DNA of 64,000 nt from Leptospira biflexa (GTDB lineage Bacteria > Spirochaetota > Leptospiria > Turneriellales > DYLW01), in assembly GCA_020721865.1 (NCBI GenBank), contig DYLW01000005.1, forward strand, positions 23,091 through 87,090, written 5' to 3'. Of the stretch, positions 36,537-45,444 are shown one piece after another. Numbering within the stretch: the stretch's first letter is position 1; each line of letters opens with the position of its first letter. Position numbers and translations under genes: made by a program. The notes beneath the pieces were generated by a model, which ran no database searches, was not told the DNA's origin, and saw nothing but the letters and a program-made list of their open reading frames with translations.

Positions 36537-38231
36537 ATGCCCGATTTCAATACGATTTTAAAAAAGATTAAGGATGTTTTTGCCGGGTTAGATACAACCA
36601 AGAAGATTATATTGTTTTCGGTTTTGGGTGTATTTGTCGGAGCTTTGGTCCTGGTGGCCACTATGTCTGGCAGCGAATCCAAAGTGGTGCTGTATAAAAA
36701 TCTGGAAACCAAGGATTTTGCAGCTATCACATCCAAATTAACAGAAATGAATTATCCCTTTTCCAGTTCGGGGACGCAGACCATCTACGTACCGCCAGAG
36801 AAAAAGGATGAAATTCTGATGTCTCTGGCACAGGAAAATTTAATTCCCCAAGGCATACCCGGATGGGAATTGTTTGATGAGGATAAATGGTCGGAGACCC
36901 AGTTTGAGAAAGACATAAAAAAAAGACGGGCCATTTCCGGTGCCCTTTCCCGAACCTTATCCACGCTGAAATCCGTGGACAATGCACAAGTGAGCATTGC
37001 GTTTCCGGAAAAGGAATTATTTGAAGATGATGTGGATCCGGTTACCGCGTCCGTTATTCTAACCTATGCTCCGGGCGTGGAATCATTAACCCGGAAGGAA
37101 ATTAAAGGAATTGAAACTCTGGTAGCAAGGGCAGTTCCCGGATTGAAAAAGGAGAATGTTTCCATTGCCGGGCCGGATGGGGAAATTCTGAACGATTTTG
37201 ATACCCAGTATGATCAGCTCCAGACAGAATTGAAAGAAGTCAATGAAAAGCTGAAAATCCAGGAAAGACAGCGGATAAAATTACTGCGGGATATTGATAA
37301 ATCCCTTTCTTACAGCTTTGGATCCGGTTCCTATGGGACCCGCTATGATATTGTGCGTCTGGATGTGCAGATGCGCTGGGATAAGGAAGAGATTGAGAAA
37401 AAAGAAGTATCCCCCGTTACCATGATCCCGGATAATCCGGAGACACCATATTCGGAGTTGCAGGTGAAAGACTCCCTGGAAGTGTCCTCCAAAAAAACCA
37501 CGGAGTCATTCAAAGGCCATGGTTTCACTCCGGAGGGTCCCACGGGAACAGAGCCCAACATTCCTCCCGGCTATAAAGACAAAGACTACCAGCGGGCAGA
37601 ATACGATAAATCAGAAAACATACAGAATAATGAATTTAACCGCACCCTCAGGAAAATTAAAAAGCAACCCTGGGAAATTGACCAGATCAATATGGCCGTG
37701 ATTTTGGATGGCAAATGGGTGGTCACCGGTGAAAACAAAGAGGGTACTGGATACGATAGAAAATACATCCCGGTGGATGATGAAGAACTCCGGAAAGTCG
37801 CTGATGTCCTGAAAAATGCCGTGGGATTCAGTGTGGCCAGGGGGGACTCGCTCTCTGTGAAACATATCCAGAAAGACCGCAGCAAGGATTTCGAGGCTGA
37901 GGACAAGGAACTGCGTCGGCAGAAAACTTTCCGCAAGATGCTGCTGGCTACGTTTATTACCCTGTTAGCTCTGGTTGTGGCCGTGGTGCTCTACCAGGTG
38001 ATCAAAAAAGAGCTGGAAAGAAGAAGAAGACTGCGGGAAGAAGAATTGGCTGCCCAACAGCAGATGATGCGGGAAGCCGCTCTCCGTGCGATTGAAGATG
38101 AGGGTGTGGAAGTGGAGCTTTCTCTGGAAGAAAGAGCCAGAAAAGAAATGCTGGAAAACGCGATGAATCTGGCAAAGGAAAGACCGGAAGACGTGGCCCA
38201 TCTGCTGCGAACCTGGCTTTCTGAAGAATAA
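36537..38231 (+). CDS. fliF: Flagellar M-ring protein FliF
   Basis: 564 aa. There is an N-terminal TM helix and a second TM helix near residue 470. The central region is YscJ/FliF-like, the C-terminus is charged, and the operon position fits. Confidence 0.88.
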   Translation: MPDFNTILKKIKDVFAGLDTTKKIILFSVLGVFVGALVLVATMSGSESKVVLYKNLETKDFAAITSKLTEMNYPFSSSGTQTIYVPPEKKDEILMSLAQENLIPQGIPGWELFDEDKWSETQFEKDIKKRRAISGALSRTLSTLKSVDNAQVSIAFPEKELFEDDVDPVTASVILTYAPGVESLTRKEIKGIETLVARAVPGLKKENVSIAGPDGEILNDFDTQYDQLQTELKEVNEKLKIQERQRIKLLRDIDKSLSYSFGSGSYGTRYDIVRLDVQMRWDKEEIEKKEVSPVTMIPDNPETPYSELQVKDSLEVSSKKTTESFKGHGFTPEGPTGTEPNIPPGYKDKDYQRAEYDKSENIQNNEFNRTLRKIKKQPWEIDQINMAVILDGKWVVTGENKEGTGYDRKYIPVDDEELRKVADVLKNAVGFSVARGDSLSVKHIQKDRSKDFEAEDKELRRQKTFRKMLLATFITLLALVVAVVLYQVIKKELERRRRLREEELAAQQQMMREAALRAIEDEGVEVELSLEERARKEMLENAMNLAKERPEDVAHLLRTWLSEE

Positions 38232-38242
38232 GGGAGATATCT

Positions 38243-39259
38243 ATGGCTGCAGGACAAAAATCAGAATTTTCCGGAAAACAGAAGGCTGCAATATTCCTTC
38301 TGGCCATTGGCAATGAGGTGGGTGCGGAAGTGATGAAAAAACTTTCCGAATCCGAAGTGGATACGCTCACCTATGAAATAGCCCGTCTGGACAAGGTAAC
38401 TCCGGAGGACAAAGAAATGGTTCTGCAGGAATTCCAGGAGCTGATGATGGCCCAGGAATTCATAACTAAGGGAGGTATTGATCAGGCCAGGGCCATTCTG
38501 GAAAGAGCTTTGGGTACCCAAAAAGCCATTGATATTGTGAACCGCCTCACCAGCTCCCTGCAGGTGCGGCCATTTGATTTTGTACGCCGCCAGGATCCTT
38601 CCCAATTGTTAAACTTTATTCAGAATGAACATCCCCAGACCATTGCGTTGATATTATCCTATCTGGATCCTCCCAAATCGGCCTTGATTTTGTCCAGTCT
38701 TCCCCACCAGATCCAGGCCGATGTGTCCCGCCGCATTGCAAAAATGGACAGAACCTCGCCGGAGGTATTGAGAGAGGTGGAAAGGGTGCTGGAAAGAAAA
38801 CTCTCCACTCTGTCCAATGAAGACTACACCTCTGCCGGTGGGGTGGAAGCGATTGTGGAAGTCCTCAATAACGTGGATCGCGGAACGGAGAAATCCATTA
38901 TTGAAGCCTTGGAGGAAGAAGATCCGGAGCTGGCGGAAGAAATCAAAAAGAAAATGTTTGTGTTTGAAGATATTGTTCTTCTGGATGATAAAGCAATCCA
39001 GAAGACCCTCCGGGAACTGGACAACCAGGATCTGGCAAAAGCCCTGAAGGCCGTGGATACGGATGTGCAGGATAAGATATTCAAAAACATGTCCAAACGT
39101 GCCGCCTCTCTTCTCCGTGAGGATATGGAATTTATGGGGCCCATCCGCCTGAAGGATGTGGAGGAAGCCCAGCAGAAAATTGTGAACATTATCCGGAAAC
39201 TGGAAGAAGAAGGGGAAATTGTGGTTGCCCGTGCCGGTGAGGATGAACTGGTTCAATAG
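38243..39259 (+). CDS. fliG: Flagellar motor switch protein FliG
   Basis: 338 aa. GKQKAAIFLLAIG, EHPQTIALILSYL, and MFVFEDI. Confidence 0.92.
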   Translation: MAAGQKSEFSGKQKAAIFLLAIGNEVGAEVMKKLSESEVDTLTYEIARLDKVTPEDKEMVLQEFQELMMAQEFITKGGIDQARAILERALGTQKAIDIVNRLTSSLQVRPFDFVRRQDPSQLLNFIQNEHPQTIALILSYLDPPKSALILSSLPHQIQADVSRRIAKMDRTSPEVLREVERVLERKLSTLSNEDYTSAGGVEAIVEVLNNVDRGTEKSIIEALEEEDPELAEEIKKKMFVFEDIVLLDDKAIQKTLRELDNQDLAKALKAVDTDVQDKIFKNMSKRAASLLREDMEFMGPIRLKDVEEAQQKIVNIIRKLEEEGEIVVARAGEDELVQ

Positions 39260-39312
39260 TCTAATTATGAAAAAATCTGCCGATAATATAAAAAAAGAAA
39301 AGGGGGTAAAAA

Positions 39313-40236
39313 TTGTCACGACTTCTGTTTAATCCTGAGAAAATATATAAAACAGAGGACTCCATTATTCTGGATCTTCCGGAACGTTATAAAAAATTTC
39401 AGCAGTTGGATGAATTGCAGGAATATGAGCTGGATTCAGAAGGAAATATCATTGAGCAGTACCAGGGGCCTTCCATTGAAGAAATTGAAGAAGAGCTGGA
39501 ACGCTACAAAGAAGAAACTGAAAACCAGATTAAAGAGAACTACCGCCAGGCGGAACAAAAACAAAGCGACATCATCGAAGAGGGAAAAAATGAAGCCTTC
39601 CGCTTAATACAGGACGCGAAGGAACGAGCGAAAAGAGAAGAAGAAACCTCCCGCCTCCAGGCAGACCAGATTGTGGAAAGAGCCAAGCTGGAAGTGGAAC
39701 GGATGGTGAAAGAAGCGGAAATGCGGGTGGCCGATATTGAGCATGAGGCCTACCAGAAAGGCTATAACGCCGGTAGAGAGATTGGATACCGGGAAGGCCA
39801 GGGGGAAGTCCGCAGGCTCATTGACCGTCTGGGAACCATCTTAGGAAATGCCATTGATGTCCGGGAACAGATTGTGAAAGAATCCGAAAAACTGATGGTG
39901 GAGATGATTTTGATGATCGCCAGAAAGGTGATTAAAGATGAAATCATTGAACGGAAGGAAGTTGTTCTCAATAACATCCGGGAAGCCCTCGGACGCATTA
40001 AAGAAAGAGACCGGATTGATATTCGGGTGAACTTTGCTGACCTGGAATTGACCACTGCTCATAAAGACGAAATTGTTAAAATGATGGAATCCCTCAGAAA
40101 AGTGAATATCTTTGAAGATTCCAGAGTGGATAGAGGCGGGGTTATTATTGAGACCGATGTGGGAGCCATTGACGCTCGTATATCCACCCAGCTTAAGGAA
40201 ATTGAAACAGCAATCCGGGATGCTAAACCCATGTAA
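39313..40236 (+). CDS. fliH: Flagellar assembly protein FliH
   Basis: 307 aa with a non-ATG start. It has a glutamate-rich coiled coil followed by a FliH/YscL-type C-terminal domain. It lies between fliG and fliI. Confidence 0.75.
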   Translation: MSRLLFNPEKIYKTEDSIILDLPERYKKFQQLDELQEYELDSEGNIIEQYQGPSIEEIEEELERYKEETENQIKENYRQAEQKQSDIIEEGKNEAFRLIQDAKERAKREEETSRLQADQIVERAKLEVERMVKEAEMRVADIEHEAYQKGYNAGREIGYREGQGEVRRLIDRLGTILGNAIDVREQIVKESEKLMVEMILMIARKVIKDEIIERKEVVLNNIREALGRIKERDRIDIRVNFADLELTTAHKDEIVKMMESLRKVNIFEDSRVDRGGVIIETDVGAIDARISTQLKEIETAIRDAKPM

Positions 40237-40284
40237 TCCCGGGTTTTTTTATAATAAAATGAGACATAATATAGCAACAGCAAT

Positions 40285-41658
40285 ATGATAGAAAAAAAAA
40301 TCATCACCAGTGTGGGTCCACTGGAAAAGTACAAAAGTATTATCCAGGATTCCGATCCCATCCGTTCGCTGGGAAGCGTGGATGAAATCATTGGGAATAT
40401 TGTCATCGCCCAAGGGCCGGACACCCGGCTGGGAGATTTGTGTCATATTGAAAAAGTGGAAGATGAATCCTATGTGTTATCGGAAGTGGTTGGGTTCCGG
40501 GGATCCCGGGTGATGCTTTCTCCCCTGGACACCCTGGAAGGGGTTTATCCCGGCAGTAAGGTTTTGTCCCTGGGGACAGACGCCCGTATTTCCCTTTCGG
40601 AAGGGATCACCGGGCGGGTGATTGATGGTCTGGGACGTCCGCTGGATGGGAAGGGAAAAGTCACCGGAGAAAAATCCCGTTCTTTTTATGCAAAACCGCC
40701 CAATCCACTGAGCCGTCCTGTGATCCAACAACCGCTGGAAACCGGAATCCGGGCAATGGATGGCTTTCTGAGTATTGGCCAGGGACAGAGGATTGGGATT
40801 TTTGCCGGTTCCGGGGTGGGTAAAAGCACTTTAATGGGAATGATTGCCCGCAATGCCTCCGCCGATGTGAACGTGATTGCACTGATTGGGGAGCGGGGCA
40901 GAGAGGTGCGGGAATTTATTGAAAATGATCTGGGCGAAGAAGGACTGTCCAAATCGGTTGTGGTGGTGGCCAGCAGTAATGAAAGCCCCATGATTCGCAT
41001 TCGGGCAGCGTATCTGGCAACCACAATAGCGGAGTTTTTCCGGGATAAGCAGAAGAATGTCATGCTGATGATGGACTCCCTGACCCGGCTGGCCATGGCC
41101 AAAAGAGAAGTGGGATTATCTGCCGGAGAGCCGGTGACCACCCGTGGATATACTCCTTCCGTGTTCTCCATGCTGCCGGAACTTTTGGAAAGGGCAGGCA
41201 CATCGGAAAAAGGAAGCATCACCGGTATATACACCGTCCTGGTGGAAGCGGATGATATGAATGAACCCATCTCCGATGCGGTGCGGGGTATTCTGGACGG
41301 CCACGTGGTTCTTTCCCGGAAATTGGCCATTCGGGGTCAATACCCGGCCATTGATGTGGTGGAAAGCATCTCCCGTCTGATGCCTGCGGTAACCTCCCGG
41401 GATCACTATGCCCGGGCTGCCCGGGTGCGGGAGTATCTTTCTGAATACCGGCAGAATGAAGAAATTATCAATCTGGGTGCGTACATTGCCGGTTCCAATC
41501 CTGTTCTGGATGCCGGTATGCATATCTATCCGGAATTGTTGCAATTTTTGAAACAATCGGTGGATGAGTTTTCTGCATTTTCTGATACCGTGGGCCGGCT
41601 GAATGCGATCTCGGAAAAAGCGGCGTATTTCCAGACCAAGGGAAGGGCGGTTAGATAA
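40285..41658 (+). CDS. fliI: Flagellum-specific ATP synthase FliI
   Basis: 457 aa. Walker A GSGVGKSTLMG, Walker B MLMMDSLTR, and an F1-beta-like fold. Confidence 0.93.
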   Translation: MIEKKIITSVGPLEKYKSIIQDSDPIRSLGSVDEIIGNIVIAQGPDTRLGDLCHIEKVEDESYVLSEVVGFRGSRVMLSPLDTLEGVYPGSKVLSLGTDARISLSEGITGRVIDGLGRPLDGKGKVTGEKSRSFYAKPPNPLSRPVIQQPLETGIRAMDGFLSIGQGQRIGIFAGSGVGKSTLMGMIARNASADVNVIALIGERGREVREFIENDLGEEGLSKSVVVVASSNESPMIRIRAAYLATTIAEFFRDKQKNVMLMMDSLTRLAMAKREVGLSAGEPVTTRGYTPSVFSMLPELLERAGTSEKGSITGIYTVLVEADDMNEPISDAVRGILDGHVVLSRKLAIRGQYPAIDVVESISRLMPAVTSRDHYARAARVREYLSEYRQNEEIINLGAYIAGSNPVLDAGMHIYPELLQFLKQSVDEFSAFSDTVGRLNAISEKAAYFQTKGRAVR

Positions 41659-41682
41659 TGAAAAGGGCGGTTAGGTAATGAA
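41643..41682. repeat. 20-bp tandem duplication (AAGGGCGGTTAGATAATGAA / AAGGGCGGTTAGGTAATGAA) at the fliI-fliJ junction
   Basis: The two adjacent copies differ at one base. Copy 1 carries the fliI TAA and copy 2 carries the fliJ ATG. Between them lies the mini-ORF ATG AAA AGG GCG GTT AGG TAA. Confidence 0.9.
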
Positions 41683-42175
41683 GAAATTCCGCTTTGGCAT
41701 GGAAGGTTTTCTGAAACTGAAAAAAATGGAAGAGGACAGGAAAGTGGGGGAACTGGCCGGGGTTATTGGCCGCATTGAAAGGGAGAGAAGTACCATCCGT
41801 TCATACCAGGACAAAGTGGCGTATTATCTTACCGATGAGAAGGCAAAGACGGTTCATAATCTGAATGATATGATTATGATTCGGGATTATCTGGGAGAGA
41901 TGAATAAAAAAAGAAAAATTGCAGAAAGAAACATAAAAAATATGCAGACAGAGCTTCGGGAAAAACAAAAAGCCGCCGCAGATGCACGAAAAAACCGGCG
42001 GGTTATTGAAATTCTGAAAGAAAAAAAGTATTCGGAATATTTATACGATCTTTCCGTGGAGGAAGGAAAAAATCTGGATGAGTTTAATTCTTCCAGAAAA
42101 AATTATCTTTTTAATACAATCGAAAAAAACCATATTAAAAAAGAGGGGATCAATGCTGCCGATACTATGGGATAA
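41678..42175 (+). CDS. fliJ: Flagellar export chaperone FliJ
   Basis: 165 aa and all coiled coil. MKKFRFGMEGFLKLKKMEE...; it follows fliI. Confidence 0.75.
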   Translation: MKKFRFGMEGFLKLKKMEEDRKVGELAGVIGRIERERSTIRSYQDKVAYYLTDEKAKTVHNLNDMIMIRDYLGEMNKKRKIAERNIKNMQTELREKQKAAADARKNRRVIEILKEKKYSEYLYDLSVEEGKNLDEFNSSRKNYLFNTIEKNHIKKEGINAADTMG

Positions 42176-42341
42176 AAAAAATGAGATTTGGATAGAAAAA
42201 AACAGTTTTTATAAAATTTCCTTTTTACGTGGAAAAATGGCCAGAATGATTAATGATCTGGATAAATTGGAGGAATACCTGAAGGCCACCCGGAAATTAT
42301 ATTTTAACCGGACGTATAATATAATGGAATCTGGTAAGTAA
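42153..42341 (+). CDS. Small hypothetical protein (62 aa) between fliJ and the flbB/ylxF-like gene
   Basis: The ATG at 42153 is preceded by AGAGGGG with a 5-nt spacer. It overlaps the fliJ 3' end and ends 1 nt before the next gene. I recognise no domain. Confidence 0.35.
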   Translation: MLPILWDKKNEIWIEKNSFYKISFLRGKMARMINDLDKLEEYLKATRKLYFNRTYNIMESGK

Positions 42342-42342
42342 T

Positions 42343-42963
42343 ATGGGACAAACAAGAGTGGGTTTATTTCTGATAATAGCGATTCTATTTTTCAGTGGAG
42401 TCATCGTTTTTTTTCTGGATAAAGTGGGAGTGATGCAGGCAGCAGATTATCTCCCGTTTCTGGAAGAAAAAAATCCTCCCGTCATCAGTGATGAGAATTA
42501 TCCCACAGAAGTGGAAAAAATGAAATTTCAAAAATGGGAAGAAAAGCTTCTGGAAAGAGAAGAAAATCTCATTAAGCAGGAAGAGGAATTAAAAAAGAAT
42601 ACAGATTCCGTAAAAGAGAAAGAAATCGAAATCAATGAAATGAAAAAAAGCATAGAGCAGGAAAGAAAAAAACTTGCTATGCTCACAAAAGACTGGAATG
42701 ACAGGAAAAAGAAAATCCATGATATGGCAGAAAAAGTCTCCAATATGCCTCCGGAAAAAGCTAAAGAGATGATGGTCAATTGGACAGATTTTGATATCAT
42801 AGAGGTGTTACGCCAGATGGATAAAAGTGCGGCGGACGCAGGCCGTCCATCCATCACTCCGTATTTATTGACGCTCTTTGACCCGGAAAGGCGAGCAGAA
42901 ATTACCCGTAAAATGCTCCTCCCCCCGATGGAGGAAGAATCGTCAGAAGAAGAACCGTTTTAA
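42343..42963 (+). CDS. FlbB/YlxF-family flagellar protein (COG3334, MotE/MgtE_N-like)
   Basis: 206 aa. It has an N-terminal TM helix, a long E/K coiled coil and a C-terminal helical domain (PPEKAKEMMVNWTDFDIIEVLRQMD...). It sits at the conserved position after fliJ. Confidence 0.65.
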   Translation: MGQTRVGLFLIIAILFFSGVIVFFLDKVGVMQAADYLPFLEEKNPPVISDENYPTEVEKMKFQKWEEKLLEREENLIKQEEELKKNTDSVKEKEIEINEMKKSIEQERKKLAMLTKDWNDRKKKIHDMAEKVSNMPPEKAKEMMVNWTDFDIIEVLRQMDKSAADAGRPSITPYLLTLFDPERRAEITRKMLLPPMEEESSEEEPF

Positions 42964-44094
42964 ATGAGCAAAGAAATAATCGCTGTGATGGGGGCGGGGG
43001 AGATGGGCCATGCCATTGGCCTTTTTTTTGCATTTTCCGGTCATCCGGTACGCCTTTTTGATATCCAGTCTCATGTTCTGGAAAATGCGAAAGAATCCAT
43101 TGAAAAAAAATGGGAAGCTCTCAAAAGGAAAGTTCGCGTAGAGAAATCTGTCGATGATGTCCTGCCGATTGTTTATACAGAGAAGATAGAGGATGCCCTG
43201 CGTTCGGCTGATCTGGTGATTGAGGCCATTCCGGAAGTCCTGGAATGGAAAGCGGATCTTTTCCGGAGCATTGCCAACATTATTCCTTCCCATGCTATTC
43301 TGGCCAGTAATACTTCCTCTATATCCATGGAAACCCTCTCCGGATATGTGAAGACACCGGAAAAATTTCTGGGATTGCATTTTTTTAATCCGGCGGAAAA
43401 AATGAAGCTTGTGGAACTGATCCCTTCTTCCCATACCGCTTCCACCGTGATGGACGTTGCCCGGAACATTCTGGAAAATACGGGAAAAAAAGTACTATGG
43501 ATCCGCAAAGACCGCCCCGGTTTTGCCGTGAACCGCATGATTGCTCCCACCCAGATACTAACCAACGCCATTCTGGAGGAAAAGTTAATTCTCCCGGAGG
43601 CCTTTGATGCCCATTTTACAAAACTGCCGGGGGTGCCCCCCTTCGAAATGCTGGATTATGTGGGGCTGGATACCGCTGTCCATACCATGGAATATTACCA
43701 GAAACATCTGGATCCGGCGTTTGCCCCCGGCGGGTATCTGACAGATAAAATTCAAAAACATGAGCTGGGCAGAAAAACCGGAGTCGGGATATACCGCTGG
43801 GAAGGAGATTCCCCCGTCAAGCTGGACGTATCCCCTGATCCGGATCTGGGAGTACGGCATGTAAAAGCAATCATGGTGAACGAGGCATATCGTCTGCTCA
43901 AAGAAGGTGTTCTTAATAGTGCGGAAGAGGTCGATTATGGTCTCCAGTATGGATTAAACAATCGTCCTTTGATGAAGGGAATCACCAGGGAAACCATACA
44001 AGAGATGATCCAGTCTCTGGAGTATCTGGCAGACCGGTTCCGTATAGAATATTTTCGTCCCGAAAAATCCTTGACAAATGGAATAGATCCTTGA
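42964..44094 (+). CDS. 3-hydroxyacyl-CoA dehydrogenase family protein (NAD-binding)
   Basis: 376 aa. Rossmann motif IAVMGAGEMGHAIG, ASNTSSIS, and HFFNPAEKMKLVELI. Confidence 0.85.
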   Translation: MSKEIIAVMGAGEMGHAIGLFFAFSGHPVRLFDIQSHVLENAKESIEKKWEALKRKVRVEKSVDDVLPIVYTEKIEDALRSADLVIEAIPEVLEWKADLFRSIANIIPSHAILASNTSSISMETLSGYVKTPEKFLGLHFFNPAEKMKLVELIPSSHTASTVMDVARNILENTGKKVLWIRKDRPGFAVNRMIAPTQILTNAILEEKLILPEAFDAHFTKLPGVPPFEMLDYVGLDTAVHTMEYYQKHLDPAFAPGGYLTDKIQKHELGRKTGVGIYRWEGDSPVKLDVSPDPDLGVRHVKAIMVNEAYRLLKEGVLNSAEEVDYGLQYGLNNRPLMKGITRETIQEMIQSLEYLADRFRIEYFRPEKSLTNGIDP

Positions 44095-44132
44095 AAATCC
44101 GGATATGAACTCCGGATTTTCAAGGATCTATT
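44082..44132. repeat. Perfect 22-bp inverted repeat (hairpin with a 7-nt loop)
   Basis: AATAGATCCTTGAAAATCCGGA-TATGAAC-TCCGGATTTTCAAGGATCTATT was verified base by base. The left arm contains the dehydrogenase stop codon and the right arm ends at the start codon of the next gene. Confidence 0.95.
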
Positions 44133-45279
44133 GGTGAGCCAGAACGTAAAACGCCATCGTGAGCGGCAAAAACTGCAAGAAATGATCGATTATTTTCCCA
44201 TCACTGCCATTTTGGGTGCCCGGCAGGTGGGAAAATCCACTATGGCAAGAGAGCTGGACTGGAACCATTTCTTTGATATGGAAAATCCAGCGGATGCAAG
44301 ACTTCTGGAAAACCCGCAGCTTGCCCTGGAAAATTTACAGGGGTTGATTGTCATCGATGAGGTACAGTGGGTTCAGAATTTATTCCCTTATTTGTGGTAT
44401 CTGGTAGACCAGAAAAAGCAACAGAAATTTCTACTTTTGGGCAGTGCATCCGGAAATCTGATCAACCAAAGCTCTGAAAGCCTGGCCGGACGTATTGCTT
44501 ACCTCACTTTATCCGGTTTTTCCCGGGAGGACTTAACTTCGGAGCAAAAAAAAATGCACTGGATACGGGGTGGGTTTCCATCTTCGCTTTTGGCTCCGGA
44601 TGATGGCACCAGTTATCAATGGCGGGAAAATTACGTGAGAACATACCTTGAGAGAGATTTGCCCCAACTTGGGATACAGATTCCGGCTGGCACTCTCCGC
44701 CGTTTCTGGTTGATGTTGAGCCATTACCATGGTTCGGTGATTAATTATGCTGAGATTTCCCGGTCTTTGGGGATTAGCGATAAAATGATTCGATACTATC
44801 TGGATATCCTTTCTCAATCTTTTATGGTCAGGATAGTGGAACCCTGGTTTATCAATACATCAAAAAGAATTGTGAAATCTCCCAAAATATATCTTAGGGA
44901 TTCCGGAATATTTCATTATCTGCAGTCCATTCATTCAAAAGAAAATTTGCTGGTGAATCCCAAACTGGGTGCATCCTGGGAAGGTTATGTTCTGGAGGAA
45001 GCGAGGAAAATTATCCAGCAGGAGGAAATTTTTTTCTGGGCAACCCACGCTGGGGCAGAGCTGGATATGTTCTGGCAATGGAAAGGTAGAAATTTTGGTC
45101 TGGAGGTGAAATTTGCGGACGCTCCTGGTATGACCAAATCCCTGCATTCCGCCATGGAGGATCTGAAACTGGATTTTTGCTGGATTGTTTATCCGGGAGA
45201 AAAGAGTTATCTTGTTCATGAAAAAGTAAAAGTATTGCCATTGGAGCAATTGGCACAGATTGCCACACCGGATTACTGA
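44131..45279 (+). CDS. AAA+ ATPase of the COG1373 type (AAA_14 + DUF4143) with a PD-(D/E)xK-like C-terminal motif
   Basis: 382 aa. Walker A GARQVGKST, Walker B LIVIDEVQ, and a DUF4143-like central region. The C-terminus is AELDMFWQWKGRNFGLEVKF (D...ExK). The start is uncertain (TTG 44131 or GTG 44134). Confidence 0.75.
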   Translation: MVSQNVKRHRERQKLQEMIDYFPITAILGARQVGKSTMARELDWNHFFDMENPADARLLENPQLALENLQGLIVIDEVQWVQNLFPYLWYLVDQKKQQKFLLLGSASGNLINQSSESLAGRIAYLTLSGFSREDLTSEQKKMHWIRGGFPSSLLAPDDGTSYQWRENYVRTYLERDLPQLGIQIPAGTLRRFWLMLSHYHGSVINYAEISRSLGISDKMIRYYLDILSQSFMVRIVEPWFINTSKRIVKSPKIYLRDSGIFHYLQSIHSKENLLVNPKLGASWEGYVLEEARKIIQQEEIFFWATHAGAELDMFWQWKGRNFGLEVKFADAPGMTKSLHSAMEDLKLDFCWIVYPGEKSYLVHEKVKVLPLEQLAQIATPDY

Positions 45280-45444
45280 ATCCTGCGTCCAAAGTGCTTG
45301 TCTGGCCGGGATTGATATGTAAAAATTTTTTTTGGGAAAGGAATTATATTCTTGACGATTGACCTTTTTATTTGAGTTGTGCTTAAGCATTTGCGTTTAC
45401 GGGAAAAAGCAAACGGAAAAGAAGAACAAATAAAGGAGAACGGA

